A DNA stretch of 62,942 nucleotides, counting the filler, from Olpidium bornovanus S191 (taxonomy: Eukaryota; Fungi; Olpidiomycota): assembly GCA_017911155.1 (NCBI GenBank). It is 29 parts of 29 records of this genome, joined end to end, with 100 filler letters (N's around TTAATTAATTAA, not from the genome) between each part and the next. Parts side by side here need not be neighbours in the genome. Positions count along the whole stretch, not along the records: positions 10,746 to 14,537 come from JAEFCI010001585.1; positions 14,638 to 15,649 come from JAEFCI010007790.1; positions 15,750 to 17,627 come from JAEFCI010006699.1; positions 17,728 to 21,987 come from JAEFCI010008927.1; positions 22,088 to 24,166 come from JAEFCI010009065.1; 24 more parts are not named here. One strand, given 5' to 3'. Shown here piece by piece: positions 12,638 through 24,166 of this stretch. Both the position numbers and the translations under genes were made by a program. The stretch's first letter is position 1, and the number at the start of each line of letters is the position of its first letter. The notes beneath the pieces are model-generated. The model had not been told where the DNA came from. It ran no database searches and saw only the letters and a program-made list of their open reading frames with translations.

Positions 12638-13378
12638 GTTCGAGAAGGGTGTTCGGCTTGTGCAGGCGTAGGTTCGAGACCACCGAGGTGGGTGGATGGG
12701 AAGTAAGGGATTCCGGGCAGGTCGGGACTTCCTCCATCCCCCCCGTCCCCCTGCCGCCGTTCGCTTCCGCATAGAGGTGCGATAGACGTAGGACATTATG
12801 CCCGCACTCTTCTTTGTTTTCAAAAACCTCCCGGCCTAGACAAACATGTGCTTATTTCCCAAAGTCTGGGGCTTTTTTCTTTTGTAGGGCGAGAGAGCGG
12901 CCCAATTGCGAACACGGCCTGCTACCTTTTTTTTACATTTTTGTGATCGGCGCGGGGTCGAAACACTGGCAGAATACGTCACGGCCAGGAAGAGGGAGGG
13001 AGGGAAAGAGAGAGAGGGGAGGAGAGAAAGAGAAGACGCAGAACGAGTGGAAAGTTGCCTACAAATAAAAGGCCCTGTGCCGCCCTCAAACAGCCTTTTG
13101 TTCAACAATCGCGTCCGAATCTGCTTTTGGATTCAGCGTCTGAATCTGCGAACATTTGATTCTGCGTCTGAATCTCTCTGCGTGAGGTCCTTTTTTCCCT
13201 CCCCCATTTTTTTTTTCTTCCTGTGCGCCCCCGCAGAGCGGCGCCCTTCCTTCCCCCGCCCGCCCGAAACCGCCCGCCCGCGCCCCCAACAGAAGCCCCT
13301 CTTCCCCGCCTCCCGCTTCGTCGAAACGTGGACTTTCCTGCCGCCGAACGGGGCCCGTTGGGCGCGGAAGGAGCGAAA

Positions 13379-14475
13379 ATGTGGTCTTCCATCTTGGACG
13401 CGAACCAGTCGGGCCTCCAGGCCGTCGCCGCCGTGTCGCCGTGGCTGGTGCTCCTCACCGTGCTGGCGTCCGTCGCGACGCTTTACACCCAGAGAAACGT
13501 ACGGCGGACGTTCCCTTTTGTGGCCGACCCACGCTCCCGGCGGCAGGCGGCGCTCCTCCGCCCCGCCCCGTCTTCCCCACCCCCCCCCCCCCCCCCCCCC
13601 CCCCAACGTGTCATTGCGGGCCAGTGTTGATTCCTTTCGTCCACCCTTCCGCCACCCAGACCAGGCGGCCGGAGAACGCGCCGCCGCTTGTCCCGTCCAT
13701 AATCCCTTTCGTGGGGTCTCTGGTTTCTTTTGGAATGAATCCAATCAAATTCCTGCAGTCGCAGCGTGAAAAGGTGACCGGGGGGGGGGGGGGGGGTGGG
13801 GGGGGGGAAGGGGGGGGGGGGGGGGGGGGGGGGTTACCGGCTGCGCCGCTCGGCTTGTGCGCGGCGCAAGGATTTGATGTTTACGCCCGATGCCGCCGCC
13901 TGGAATAGCACGGCGACATATTCACCTTTGTAATGTGGGGAAGGCGGATGACCTACGCACTCGGACCGGTGGGGCACAATCTTGTCTTCAACGCGCGCCT
14001 GGACCAGGCCAACGCCGAGGATGCCTACCGCTCGCTCACCGTCCCAGTATTCGGCCGTGAAGTCGTCTACGACGTCGAGAACCCTGTATTTATGGAGCAG
14101 AAAAGGTGTTGTACCGCCGGAAGAAAGACAACTTGACAAAGCTTTGCGTCCTTTGATGGCCTCGTTGACGATCAGTCCAACAACAACCAGGTTTGTGAAG
14201 GGCGCGCTGTCAGCGCAGAACCTCCGTTCCTACGTGCCCGTCATTGAGCAGGAGACAACCAACTATTTCAAGTAAGTCGCTTTTGAAAATGATTTGCCTG
14301 AGGTCGCAAAGGGGGCCATATTCGCTTGCTTGACGTTCCATTTTTGATAAATGTAGGCGATGGAAGGGGAAATCCGGCGAGGCCGAGATCTTCACTGCGC
14401 TCGCGGAATTGACAATCATGACCGCGTCTGCCTGCTTGATGGGCCCTGAAATCCGATCTCAGCTCGACGAGCGAG
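13379..14475 (+). CDS. CYP51: Sterol 14-alpha-demethylase (cytochrome P450 CYP51), 5' part
   Basis: [73 protein letters not shown] and [21 protein letters not shown] are diagnostic CYP51 segments, separated by GT-AG introns. Confidence 0.95.
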
Positions 14476-16077
14476 GTAAAGGCTGCAGGGGAAAGCACAC
14501 GCGTTCCGCTCGTTCCGGGGTACATTTTTCAGTAATTNNNNNNNNNNNNNNNNNNNNNNNNNNNNNNNNNNNNNNNNNNNNTTAATTAATTAANNNNNNN
14601 NNNNNNNNNNNNNNNNNNNNNNNNNNNNNNNNNNNNNCATGTACCCCGGAGAGACCAGACACCGGGCCTCATTAACGGTTTATTCACCACACCGCTGCAA
14701 CGGTCGGAAATATTTCCCATCCGAGCCGCCAGTTTCCCGGGCGCCCGCGAAATTCTGGATATTTGCGCGCGCCGGGTGCCTCGGTCAGTATAGGCGCGCA
14801 CTATTTTTAAACCCCGTTACCCCGCTTTGCGGAAAGGGAAAAAAAAGGCCCGGTAGCCCGAGGAAGAAAAATTCGTTTTTTTGCGGCGGGACCGAGGAAC
14901 CCCCCCCCCCTGTTCGCCCCGGAGCGGCAGTACGCTGGGAAAGGACGGAAGAACGGGGGATGTGGAAGAGGGGAAACCAGGCGGTCGGAGGAAAGCTTGC
15001 GGAAAGCATGTGCTGTATTTCGGCCGAGGAAATCGGAGAAGTATCGAACTGTGGTTGTGTAAAGGAAATGCGGTACCGGTGCGTGAAGTTACCCTGCTGT
15101 TTGTATGGGGCCGAAGTGGGGGGAAGAGGAAGGGGCATACAGCAGCGCCAGGGTTATTGAAACCCCGTGGTCAAATCGGAGAGAGACCCGGTTCCCGTTT
15201 GTTTTGCCGCCGGCCGGGAGGCGGTCGGGAGGAGAGCGGACGTGGTGGTGGTGGTGACGGTGGTGTGGTGGGTAGCTAAAATCGAAGCACGGAAAAAAGG
15301 GAAAAAAGGAAAGGCAAGTATTAAAAAACTTGCAGCGGTTTTTCTGCAAAAAAAAAAGTGACTTTTCTTTCTCCGGCAGCTCCCGAAGGGAACGGGGGGG
15401 AGGGTGGGGGGAGATGGGTGGCCTCAAGACGTTTTCACGGGGAAACCAAACAACGCGTACGCTTTCATATTCCCAGTTAGAACATACTTTGCCCAGCTTA
15501 CTTGGGAAACCAGCCCCCCTTCTCCCCTTCCCCCCCCCCCCCCCCCCGTTTACGAGCGTCCTCAGCCCGCCGCTGCGCGGGAGGGTGGTTGCCAACCAAA
15601 GCTCTCTTTCGTAGAAAAAAAAAGTGAGCAAAGGGGAGGGGGGGGGGGGNNNNNNNNNNNNNNNNNNNNNNNNNNNNNNNNNNNNNNNNNNNNTTAATTA
15701 ATTAANNNNNNNNNNNNNNNNNNNNNNNNNNNNNNNNNNNNNNNNNNNNGCATCCTCCCACCCCCTAACCGGCCTCACCCCTCCCACATTGCAGGGGTAT
15801 GTAAATAGCGCACCCCTGCGTGACGGGACCTCGTCCTCGTGCCGAATCGGTCGAGCGTGTTAAGGATGGGGGGGTGACGGCAAAAAAAACTTTTTTTTTT
15901 TTTTTTTTTTTTACTTTTTTTCGGGGATGTGGGAGTCCAGGATATCTTATCCACCGCCGAAGCGGCGAGGAATGAAACGAGGGTTTTTTTTTTTTTTTTT
16001 TCGGGTGAGACAAGGGAGAGGGCAGAGAGAAAGTTCAGAGACAAAAGAAAGCAGAAAGGGACAGAGAGAGCCCCAAA

Positions 16078-17460
16078 ATGCTGGCTGTCACCGCACCCCG
16101 CCGCGCCGAGGGGGCCCGCTTCTTCCACGATGGCGGCGACGCTGCCGCTGCTGCGGCCGCCGCCGGCGGAGGAGGCGGAGGAGGACGGCTGCGACCGGGA
16201 GGAGAACGAGGAGGAGGAGGAGGAGGAGGCGGCGCCGAGGTGGCGGGGGTGCTGGCGGAGGATGGGGCCAAGGTGGACAACGAGCGGCTGCCCGAAGCCG
16301 GCGCAGACGGCGTCGCCGAGGCCCACGTTGCCAGACGCGTCCGAGAGTCCCGGCCGCAGTCGCGCCGGCGCCTCCGAAGAGGGCCGCAGCAGGCGGGGGA
16401 CAAGGGACAGGCCCCGCGGGGATCCCCGCCGCGGTCGACGCCGCCGCCCCCGCTGTCCGCGTGCTCGACCTTGGGCTTGAGCTCCCCCGAGCAGCAGCAG
16501 CAGCAGCACCACCAGCAGCACCGGCAGCACCGGCAGCAGCAGCCGCGCGTGCCGCCGCCGCCGAAGCCGCCACCCCCGGCCGCGCTGAACCCCGCCGGGC
16601 TCCCGTCGCCCGACGACGCGTCCTCGTTCCGCTCCAGCATCATCAACACGTACTGCGAGGACCCGGACGAAGACGAGGACAACGAGGACGACGAGGATCT
16701 TTGCGATCCGAGCGCGCCGGACCGGGGGCCCGAGGACGGTAAGGAGGAGGAGGACGTCCACGCCGTCGACTCCGTCGAATCGTGGTTGAGGTGCATCGAC
16801 CTGCGCTTCGCGATGGCGCCCCGCCCGTACAGGGACTCGGACGCAGCAGGGCGCACGCCCACGCAGCTGCTCGGACGCAGCTGGGCCCGCGCGAGGGAGG
16901 CGAACTCCTCCCCGTCCTCCTCCATGCGGGCGCTCGGGAGCCTACGAGCCAGAGGACGCAGCGGCTTGGAAGCGGACTCCCTCTGGGCGCTCGGCGGCCC
17001 GCCGTCCGGAGGAGGACGGGAGGACTCCCTTCGGGCGTACGGGTATCCGCGGACCGGAGGGCGGGACGGCTGCCGCCCTGCGTTTGCGGGCGACCCGCTC
17101 TCTTTTTCGCCGTCGCCGCCGTCCGCCGGGATTGCCGACTCCCCTGGCCCGTCGCCCGACGCGGCGGGCCGGACCCGCGGCGAACTTGGCGTGCGCGGAA
17201 GACCCGGAGACAACGGCGACGACGAATGCAGTGTGCTCATCAACAAGAGCATTTTCGAGCTCGAGAACTTGCTCTCCCAGGTCGAGGGCGGCGGGTACAG
17301 CCGTTGGAACGCTGATCGTCTGTCGCCCGAGGAGCGTGCCGCGAATGCGACGGGCAGGATGGATTTTCTTGCTGCAGGTAAGAATACCGTGCGCGAAGGC
17401 GCGGGGCGCGGCGAATGTGGCCGCAAGCGCTCGAGGTCCGCGCGGACGTCTGTCGGATGA
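16078..17460 (+). CDS. Hypothetical low-complexity protein (Gly/Gln/Pro/acidic tracts)
   Basis: 460-aa ORF with islands of ordinary composition (VDSVESWLRCIDLRF; SVLINKSIFELENLLSQVE). No family recognised; start and end uncertain, with a possible splice donor near 17377. Confidence 0.4.
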   Translation: MLAVTAPRRAEGARFFHDGGDAAAAAAAAGGGGGGGRLRPGGERGGGGGGGGAEVAGVLAEDGAKVDNERLPEAGADGVAEAHVARRVRESRPQSRRRLRRGPQQAGDKGQAPRGSPPRSTPPPPLSACSTLGLSSPEQQQQQHHQQHRQHRQQQPRVPPPPKPPPPAALNPAGLPSPDDASSFRSSIINTYCEDPDEDEDNEDDEDLCDPSAPDRGPEDGKEEEDVHAVDSVESWLRCIDLRFAMAPRPYRDSDAAGRTPTQLLGRSWARAREANSSPSSSMRALGSLRARGRSGLEADSLWALGGPPSGGGREDSLRAYGYPRTGGRDGCRPAFAGDPLSFSPSPPSAGIADSPGPSPDAAGRTRGELGVRGRPGDNGDDECSVLINKSIFELENLLSQVEGGGYSRWNADRLSPEERAANATGRMDFLAAGKNTVREGAGRGECGRKRSRSARTSVG

Positions 17461-17819
17461 GACGGGTTGTCTCGATATACCGAGATCGAACGGCTGATTT
17501 GGCTCACATGACCCTGGGCAGACGGCAGGGCTGCTTCGCATATGCGGCGTGTTCGTGTTGACTCCGAAGGCCCTCGGACGGTGCAGTTGTCCCCTCCTCC
17601 GTTGGACGTGTCGGACATTTCGGAGGCNNNNNNNNNNNNNNNNNNNNNNNNNNNNNNNNNNNNNNNNNNNNTTAATTAATTAANNNNNNNNNNNNNNNNN
17701 NNNNNNNNNNNNNNNNNNNNNNNNNNNAAAAAAAAACTAAAAAACACAAGAACCCTTCGCGGAACTACAACACCGCCTGCAACAAGAGCTACTTTGCCCA
17801 AGTTTGAGTAGCACTTAGG

Positions 17820-17987
17820 TAGGATATATCAGTTTACAAAAGTTGTGGGACCAGACCAAATTTATCAAATAGCAGATTACGGAGGTTTATCAGTTCCAAT
17901 ATGGAAACGCGGTTGGGACCAAAAATATTTATCAGTTTAGAGAGGCTATCAGTTAAGGCAGTATCACTTTAGGGAGGTTCTACTGTA
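17820..17987. mobile_element. One end of a Tc1/mariner (pogo-like) DNA transposon or MITE
   Basis: GGGAGGTTCTACTG followed by TA (17972-17987) reads TA-CAGTAGAACCTCCC on the minus strand, the typical pogo/Tigger-type TIR start with a TA target. AT-rich interior with about 5 TATCAGTT-like motifs. The other TIR was not found. Confidence 0.55.
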
Positions 17988-18110
17988 AGTACCAAACACA
18001 ACGGAAAAAGTCTCCCTTTCCCTACAGAAACCGGGCGTGGCGAGCGAGGAGGGGAAAAAAAAAAAACCGGGCGTCGAAACGAATACTCTCTACTCCCACG
18101 CTCCTCGTCA

Positions 18111-20345
18111 ATGAGTGCCCACCACCACTACCAGCAGCAGCTCCTTCACCACCACCATCCAGCCGCCGCCGCCGCCGCAGAGGCCGCCGCAGCCGCTAGG
18201 CCTCCGGCAGCGTTTCCTCCCGCCGTCCCCGCCACCACCCTGTCCCTGCTGCCGCGCCCTTCCTCGCCCGGCGCCCCTCCCCATGCCCACCACCCCCAAG
18301 CCCCCTATTCCGTGTCCGCCGTGTCCAACCAGCACCTGAACGCGCCCGCCGCCGCCGGCCCCCAGCCGCCGATGCCTCTGCAGGTTTACGGCCGGCTGCC
18401 GGCGCTGACTACGTACGCTTCGCGCGTCCGGGAAGGGAGGACTGGGCTCATGCTCCCTCCCAGCTTTAGCAGGCGCGCGGACAAGGACGACGGCTTCGCG
18501 AACGAGTCGGGCGAGGAGGAATACGGCCGTGGCGTGAGCCGGCGCGAGACCGCCGCGCGGCGGGAGCGGGAGCGCGAGCGCGAGAGAGAGCTCCAGCGCC
18601 AGCGCGAGCAGTCTCAGCCGAGGCAGCCTCTGCCGGAGATGCCGTCGAGGAGGGTCCACGGGAGGACCAAGCACATTTACAGGTGATTTCTGGCGGAAAA
18701 TCAAGAAATATCAACAAAAACGCTTTGTTTGGCGCCCGTCGCTTACGTCTTGTGCAAAGCGCAACTTCGAAAAGCTGAGCGCGCCTTTTCGCGGGGAAAT
18801 TGCCCGTCCTAGGTCCGAAAAGGAAATGGAGGCGCTGGCGGGAGTGCAGGAGGCCCTTTGTCCGATACGTCTGGACATTGACACTGAAGATATGAAGCTC
18901 CGCGACACGTTCATGTGGAACGTGAATGGTAAATAAAACGGAAATTGGGGACGTGAACGGCGAGGTCGCACCGTCACAGGAAGGGAAACCGAGAGGACGC
19001 AGAAGGCCGAGGCTTCCCGCCGGTGGTGGACTTGAAACCCTGCCGTGGAACTTATACGGATCCCCCCCGCTTCCCCCGGCTTTTGTGCCGCAGAGCAACA
19101 CCTCACTCCGGAACAGTTCGCGGAAATCTTGTGCGACGACCTTGATATCCCTCCCGACCAGTTCGTCGCCCCGATAGCCGAATCGATAAAGGGACAGGTG
19201 GACGAGTACGAGGCTCTTCAGAGTATATATCTGGGCGAAGATGAGGATCTGGAGTATCGGACCACAATTGAAGTACGGACAGTATTATTACGGCATTCCG
19301 AAAAAGCCCGGGACATCGGTACTAAAGCGGGTTTGGCGCGTGCACACGCAAACAGCTCGATCTTCATCTCGGTTCCGTCCACTACTGCGACCGGTTTGAG
19401 TGGGATCTTGCTTCGTCGTGGCCTACCCCGGAGGGCTTTGCTCGGCAGCTGTGCGCCGACCTTGGCGTTGGAGGCGAATTTGTCAACTGCATCGCCCATG
19501 CTCTACACGAACAACTGTATCGACATCGGAAAGAGAAAATTTTGCGGCTGGAAGAGACGGACGAGCAAGAGGAGGAGCACCCGCCGCTGGAAAGCGTGTT
19601 CAGGCCGCCGATTGAGGCGGAGCGGTGGTCCCCGTTGATGGAGTTGCTGTCCCCAGATGCGCTGGAGAAGGCTTTGCTGGAAAAGGAAAGGGGATTGCGG
19701 TAGGTAGACCCCCCATATGAGGACGATTGCGTGAAACGTTGCTGTTGTTTATGAATGAACCTTACCCCCCCCCTCCCTCTTTTCTGCAAAGGCGCATTCG
19801 ACGCGAACCTGGCAGGACCATTACGAGCAGTGTTTTGGCCAGCTCACGTCGGCGGCCGCAGCCTGTCACCTTGCAAACCGTCAACACGAAGAAAGTATCC
19901 GCTCCCGCGCTGTCGTCAGTGAAGAGGAAACCCGGGCGGCCGCCACGAAGTACGAGAGAGCCGTAGGCTTGGGATATCTGCGGCTCAAGTTGCAAGGATT
20001 TCGAAACAGGAAGCGGAAAATCGTCCTGCGTTGTTCATGTGCTGACGAGGAGCCCTTTTTCCCGCGCCAACCGCGAATCAGCGCCGGGTGATGGCAAGCT
20101 CGATCTTGAGGAGATGCCATTTTGGAATTGTGTGCAGTGCGGAATCGACGCGTACAGTACACCAATATGCAGGCAGGGTCCTGATGGGTCTCGTGTACGT
20201 CGTTTTCTTGACACCTTATACTTGCAAATCAAAAATCTTCATCGATATCCGATCTCTCATTGCATACCTGCATACCTTTTTTTTCCTCGCCGCATATCCG
20301 AATTTTGCGCAGACGCTATGTAACACCTGTGGTCTGTACTGGCAG
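18111..20345 (+). CDS. SFH1: SNF5-family chromatin remodelling subunit (Sfh1-like) with a C-terminal GATA-type zinc finger; multi-exon, 3' end not resolved
   Basis: CPIRLDIDTEDMKLRDTFMWNVN/EQHLTPEQFAEILCDDLD, DRFEWDL...PEGFARQLCADLGVGGEFVNCIAHALHEQL and WSPLMELLS (two SNF5 repeats), then CVQC-x20-CNTCGLYW across an intron. Confidence 0.85.
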
Positions 20346-21769
20346 GTAGGTAGAGCAGCATTCGCCGTAGGTTCAAACCGTTGGATCAGCTAGGGCCCAT
20401 CGTTTGACGCGTGCGCTCAAATAATCAAATGTAGGGACGCGGGAAGCTACCTGCGCATCGGAAAGATCAATACAAACAATGACAAACAACATGTTGCCCG
20501 TCGTTCTGCTGAGGGTTTCCCGGTGATCCCCACCCGAATCCACCTTTCACCTATCCCTCCATCCCATACCCTGACCCCCTTACGTGCAGCGCACGGGGGA
20601 GGCACGAAATGCGCCCGGCACTCAACGCATCGTGATCTCTTTCCCTTTAATTTTAAAAAACGACGATTTTGGTGGAGTAAACTCGTCTGATCTTCACCGG
20701 AAGGGGGCATCCCGTTGCAATCCCTCTTGCGCGCTCCGTTGCATTTAAGGAACTGCGCCGCACCGGAGGATTTCTGCACGTAGTGTTAGCCCCGGATGCG
20801 GGAACCCTCTGTGCGAAACTGTCGGAAGGTGCGGAACTTTCCTCGCTGCGAGACCTAAGCTTCCGGTATACATTTTTTTTTCGCGAGAAACCTGCTCCGA
20901 ATGGCCTATGACACTCGGCGGTCAATGCATTTCGTCGCTACGTCGAGTAAACGGAGCATGCTGCCCCCTGTTCTCTTCCACCTCCACTTCCCGCCCCCCC
21001 CCCCTTCCCGGCGTGTCCTTGGCACTCATCATCCGCTTGTCCATATCACTTGGAGCCTCGCCTGGTCCTGTTCGCCAAGAGCAGGAGGTCAGACAAGCTC
21101 GGCAGGCGCGTTGGTCTGGGTGCCGCACCCGAAACCACGTTGACGGTTGAGGGCTAGGTTGTGTCGGAGAAAGGAGGCGCAGCACAAGTGAAAAAAAGAC
21201 CCCCCTCGGCCCTTCCTCGTCGCCTTCCCGCGCCATTTGAAGAGGCTAGAAAACCCGCATATAGTAGACTGGACGGGACACAGCGAAACTAGTCCCGTAG
21301 AAGAATAAACAAGATGTGGCGGATCAATGTGTCGTCGCCTATATGGGCGAACGTACTCCACAGAGCCCTGGTGTCGTTTTGCCAGGGGACCCCTTTATAT
21401 ATTTCTCTACGAAAGCGAAAGTCTGACAGGTATAATTTGAGGGCAGAATTCTGGTTTCCCCGTCCCCAATCTCACGCCGCCTCTCCCAGATAGAGCCCAC
21501 TAAGCGGCAGATCTTCGGCGATCCCTTTTGTACTTAGCAGCCGATAATAATAAAAAGGGCCACGGAAGAATTTTAAGCGGACGAGCTCTTGGATCGAAGA
21601 TGAATTTGGGTTGCCTTTGGCACCACGTGTGTGAGTGGTGGAGGTCCTTGGAAAGTGCTAAATTGCTCGTTAGCCGGAAGTGCCGTGTGACCTGAGGATT
21701 TATTCTTGCGCACTTTGCCAACCACCTGCCTCGGTACGAATTCGGAATCTAGGGTTTCACCTGACAAGT

Positions 21770-21925
21770 TCCTGATCTTCACGAAGGCCTACGTGAAAAC
21801 CTGGCCCTGACCACGGTTTATATCAAGAGCCTTCTGAAAGAGGACCGAACGTTACCTGAACTTGTTCACGAAATCGCCGACGACGGACGACCAAGCGAGA
21901 AATGCATCCTTCAAGCACTACAGTA
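21770..21925 (+). CDS. Probable exon of an unidentified gene cut by the contig end
   Basis: AG-preceded open stretch PDLHEGLRENLALTTVYIKSLLKEDRTLPELVHEIADDGRPSEKCILQALQ with globular-type composition. No family recognised. Confidence 0.3.
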
Positions 21926-22388
21926 CAGGCCTGGTGTAACGGGAGAGACGTCCAAATTGCGATCTCAGTTACCAGGACCTGTACATGNNNNNNNNNNNNN
22001 NNNNNNNNNNNNNNNNNNNNNNNNNNNNNNNTTAATTAATTAANNNNNNNNNNNNNNNNNNNNNNNNNNNNNNNNNNNNNNNNNNNNCATGATGGCGTAA
22101 TTTCACTGTAATAGTAATATGCAAACGTATACATACCAGCTATTGTGGAGCCTCTCTTTTTCTGCCCAGCCGCACGGCCTCGGTCCGCCGCGCTCTCGTG
22201 GCCGCGCACCGTTTTGGCTGCGGAGGCAGTTTTGGTAGGTGGGAGTGCCTTGTGCGCGGCAGGCGCGAAAGTTGTATCGAAAATCCGGGGAAGGCCTGAA
22301 AGAGCTTCACTGGTGGGATCGACGAGAGGAACCTGAAACGAAGAAACCGCCCCGCCGCCCGTCCCTCCGCGTCGACGCCACTTGAATA

Positions 22389-24166
22389 ATGGCGCGCGCG
22401 TCGCCGACCCGTTCCGCCCCAGGAGCCGAGCGCGAAGAGGAAGGCCCGGCGGGCGGTTGCGTTCGGGTTCGCACCCGCCAGCCGTGTGCCGCGCATTTGC
22501 CGGAGGGCGGCGGCGATCCGACGGACGACGAGGCCGCGGAGCTGCTGGCGGCGCACCTTGCGACAAAGAGCAGACATGAGCGTTACCGTTTGTATGTCGC
22601 GTGCCCGCGAAGCTTTCCCGGACGCGCGGCAAACACGAGGGCGCCCGCGCTTTTTTTTTTTTTTGCCTCAAACGCTCCATTCCGTTTTTATTAGGTTTGG
22701 CAAAGCCGCAACGTAGTCCTTAACCGAAATTCATTTCGTGAAGCTTGAAGGTGCTTCTAAACAAATGTCCGGTCTTCGAGATCAAGGAGTTGCAGGCACT
22801 GTTAGAAGACCGCTGCGAACGGTCCAAGTTCGATGTTGTTTCGTCGTTGCCGTTGGAAATTGCACGCCACATTTTCGAGTTTGTTGGCCTAACGGGCATC
22901 GCGGCGGCCCGGAGGGTGAGATCACTATTGCCTGACGAGCTCGCGCCACTCGGATGCTGTTACCCTGTAGCTCAACTCTCCCATTGCCACCTGAACTTCC
23001 GTCTGTTTGCCAGGTGTGCAAAACCTGGTCAACAGTTCTTTCGGATAATGGTTTGTGGAGGTCCTTCTACTATGGACTTGTCGCACAGGGATACGGGCGG
23101 TCGACGGAAGACAAACAGTTATCAGGGAACGAACGGATCACCAATTACAGTGTTAAACATGGCGTCTGGGAAAAATGGTGCAAGGCGATCATCATGCGAA
23201 AGCGGGTCTGGTGCGAGAACCAGCCCATGCACACGTACCCCGAACGGGTCCACTTCGGACGCGTCACCGACATCAGACTGAGAGGCAGCACTTTGATAAC
23301 TGGTTCAGACGACCATTTTGCCGTTGTCTGGCACATCGAGCGGCGTTCCCCGCCTTCAGCCTCTTCGTTGAAGGTCGAGAAAAGGATCGATTCGAGGCAG
23401 ACTGTCAGCTGCTTAGACTTCCTTGACGTCGCGGACGTCGACAGCAGCATCCTCGTCCTTGGATCCTACGCTCGCACGTGTTGCATCTGGAACTACAGGA
23501 GAGGCAGACTCCTGCGCCATCTGAGGCCGCACGCGGCTGCCGTGCAGCGGGTGGCCATCAGCGACAAGTACGCGGCCACCGCCGGCGCGGACAGGGTGGT
23601 GCGCGTGACGCGCTGGCTTACGGGGGAAGTGGTTATATCCAAGGACCTGGGCGACGTCGCCGCCGGCATCTGCTTCCTCCGCGACGTCCTTCTCCCGGAG
23701 AGCGGGGAGGTCCTCGCGTACGTCACGCGCGGCGGAATGTGCAACGCGCTCCGCGACGGCGGCGAAGACCCGGGCTTTTGGTTATTCGGCACCGAGGCCG
23801 GCCCGACCCAAAATTCCGTCCGCGCCGCGAAGTTCGACGCCGCCAGGCGGACCGTCGCCGTCCTCACGGCCAGCAACGAGGTCGGTTGGTTTCGCTGCCC
23901 TCCGTTGCCTTTCGGATCCGGCCTGCGTTTTGAATCCGGCCTGGCGAGCATCAAGGAGAGCCGCCGGTTTGTCTCACTCGGGCCCCACGCGTCGGCGCAC
24001 GTCCTCGGCTTTCCCGGTACTGAGACCCACCACTGGACGCGGGTTGACCGGGCGACCCCGGCGTGGAGGATGGTCGTCGCGGGATGTTCGGATGTGCGGC
24101 TGCTGTCACCTCAGCCAGGGGAAGCAAACCGTGCCGTCCACTGCGAAGTTCGCCGTGCCGACATGA
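22389..24166 (+). CDS. F-box / WD40-repeat protein (SCF substrate receptor), 3' truncated
   Basis: FDVVSSLPLEIARHIFEFV...AARR/VCKTWSTVLSDNGLW F-box, followed by WD repeats (LITGSDDHFAVVW, LVLGSYARTCCIWN, AATAGADRVVRV). Confidence 0.9.

Noticed and set aside
10873-14475. Dioxygenase plus P450 as a secondary-metabolite cluster
   Set aside because: They look like carnitine-pathway and sterol-pathway housekeeping enzymes; no backbone synthase is present.
15775-17618. Long overlapping ORFs on both strands (328, 527 and 271 aa) suggesting bidirectional coding
   Set aside because: Expected in very GC-rich low-complexity DNA; only one plus frame has protein-like islands. The same applies to the antisense ORFs over EPL1, UFD1-like and ZDS1.
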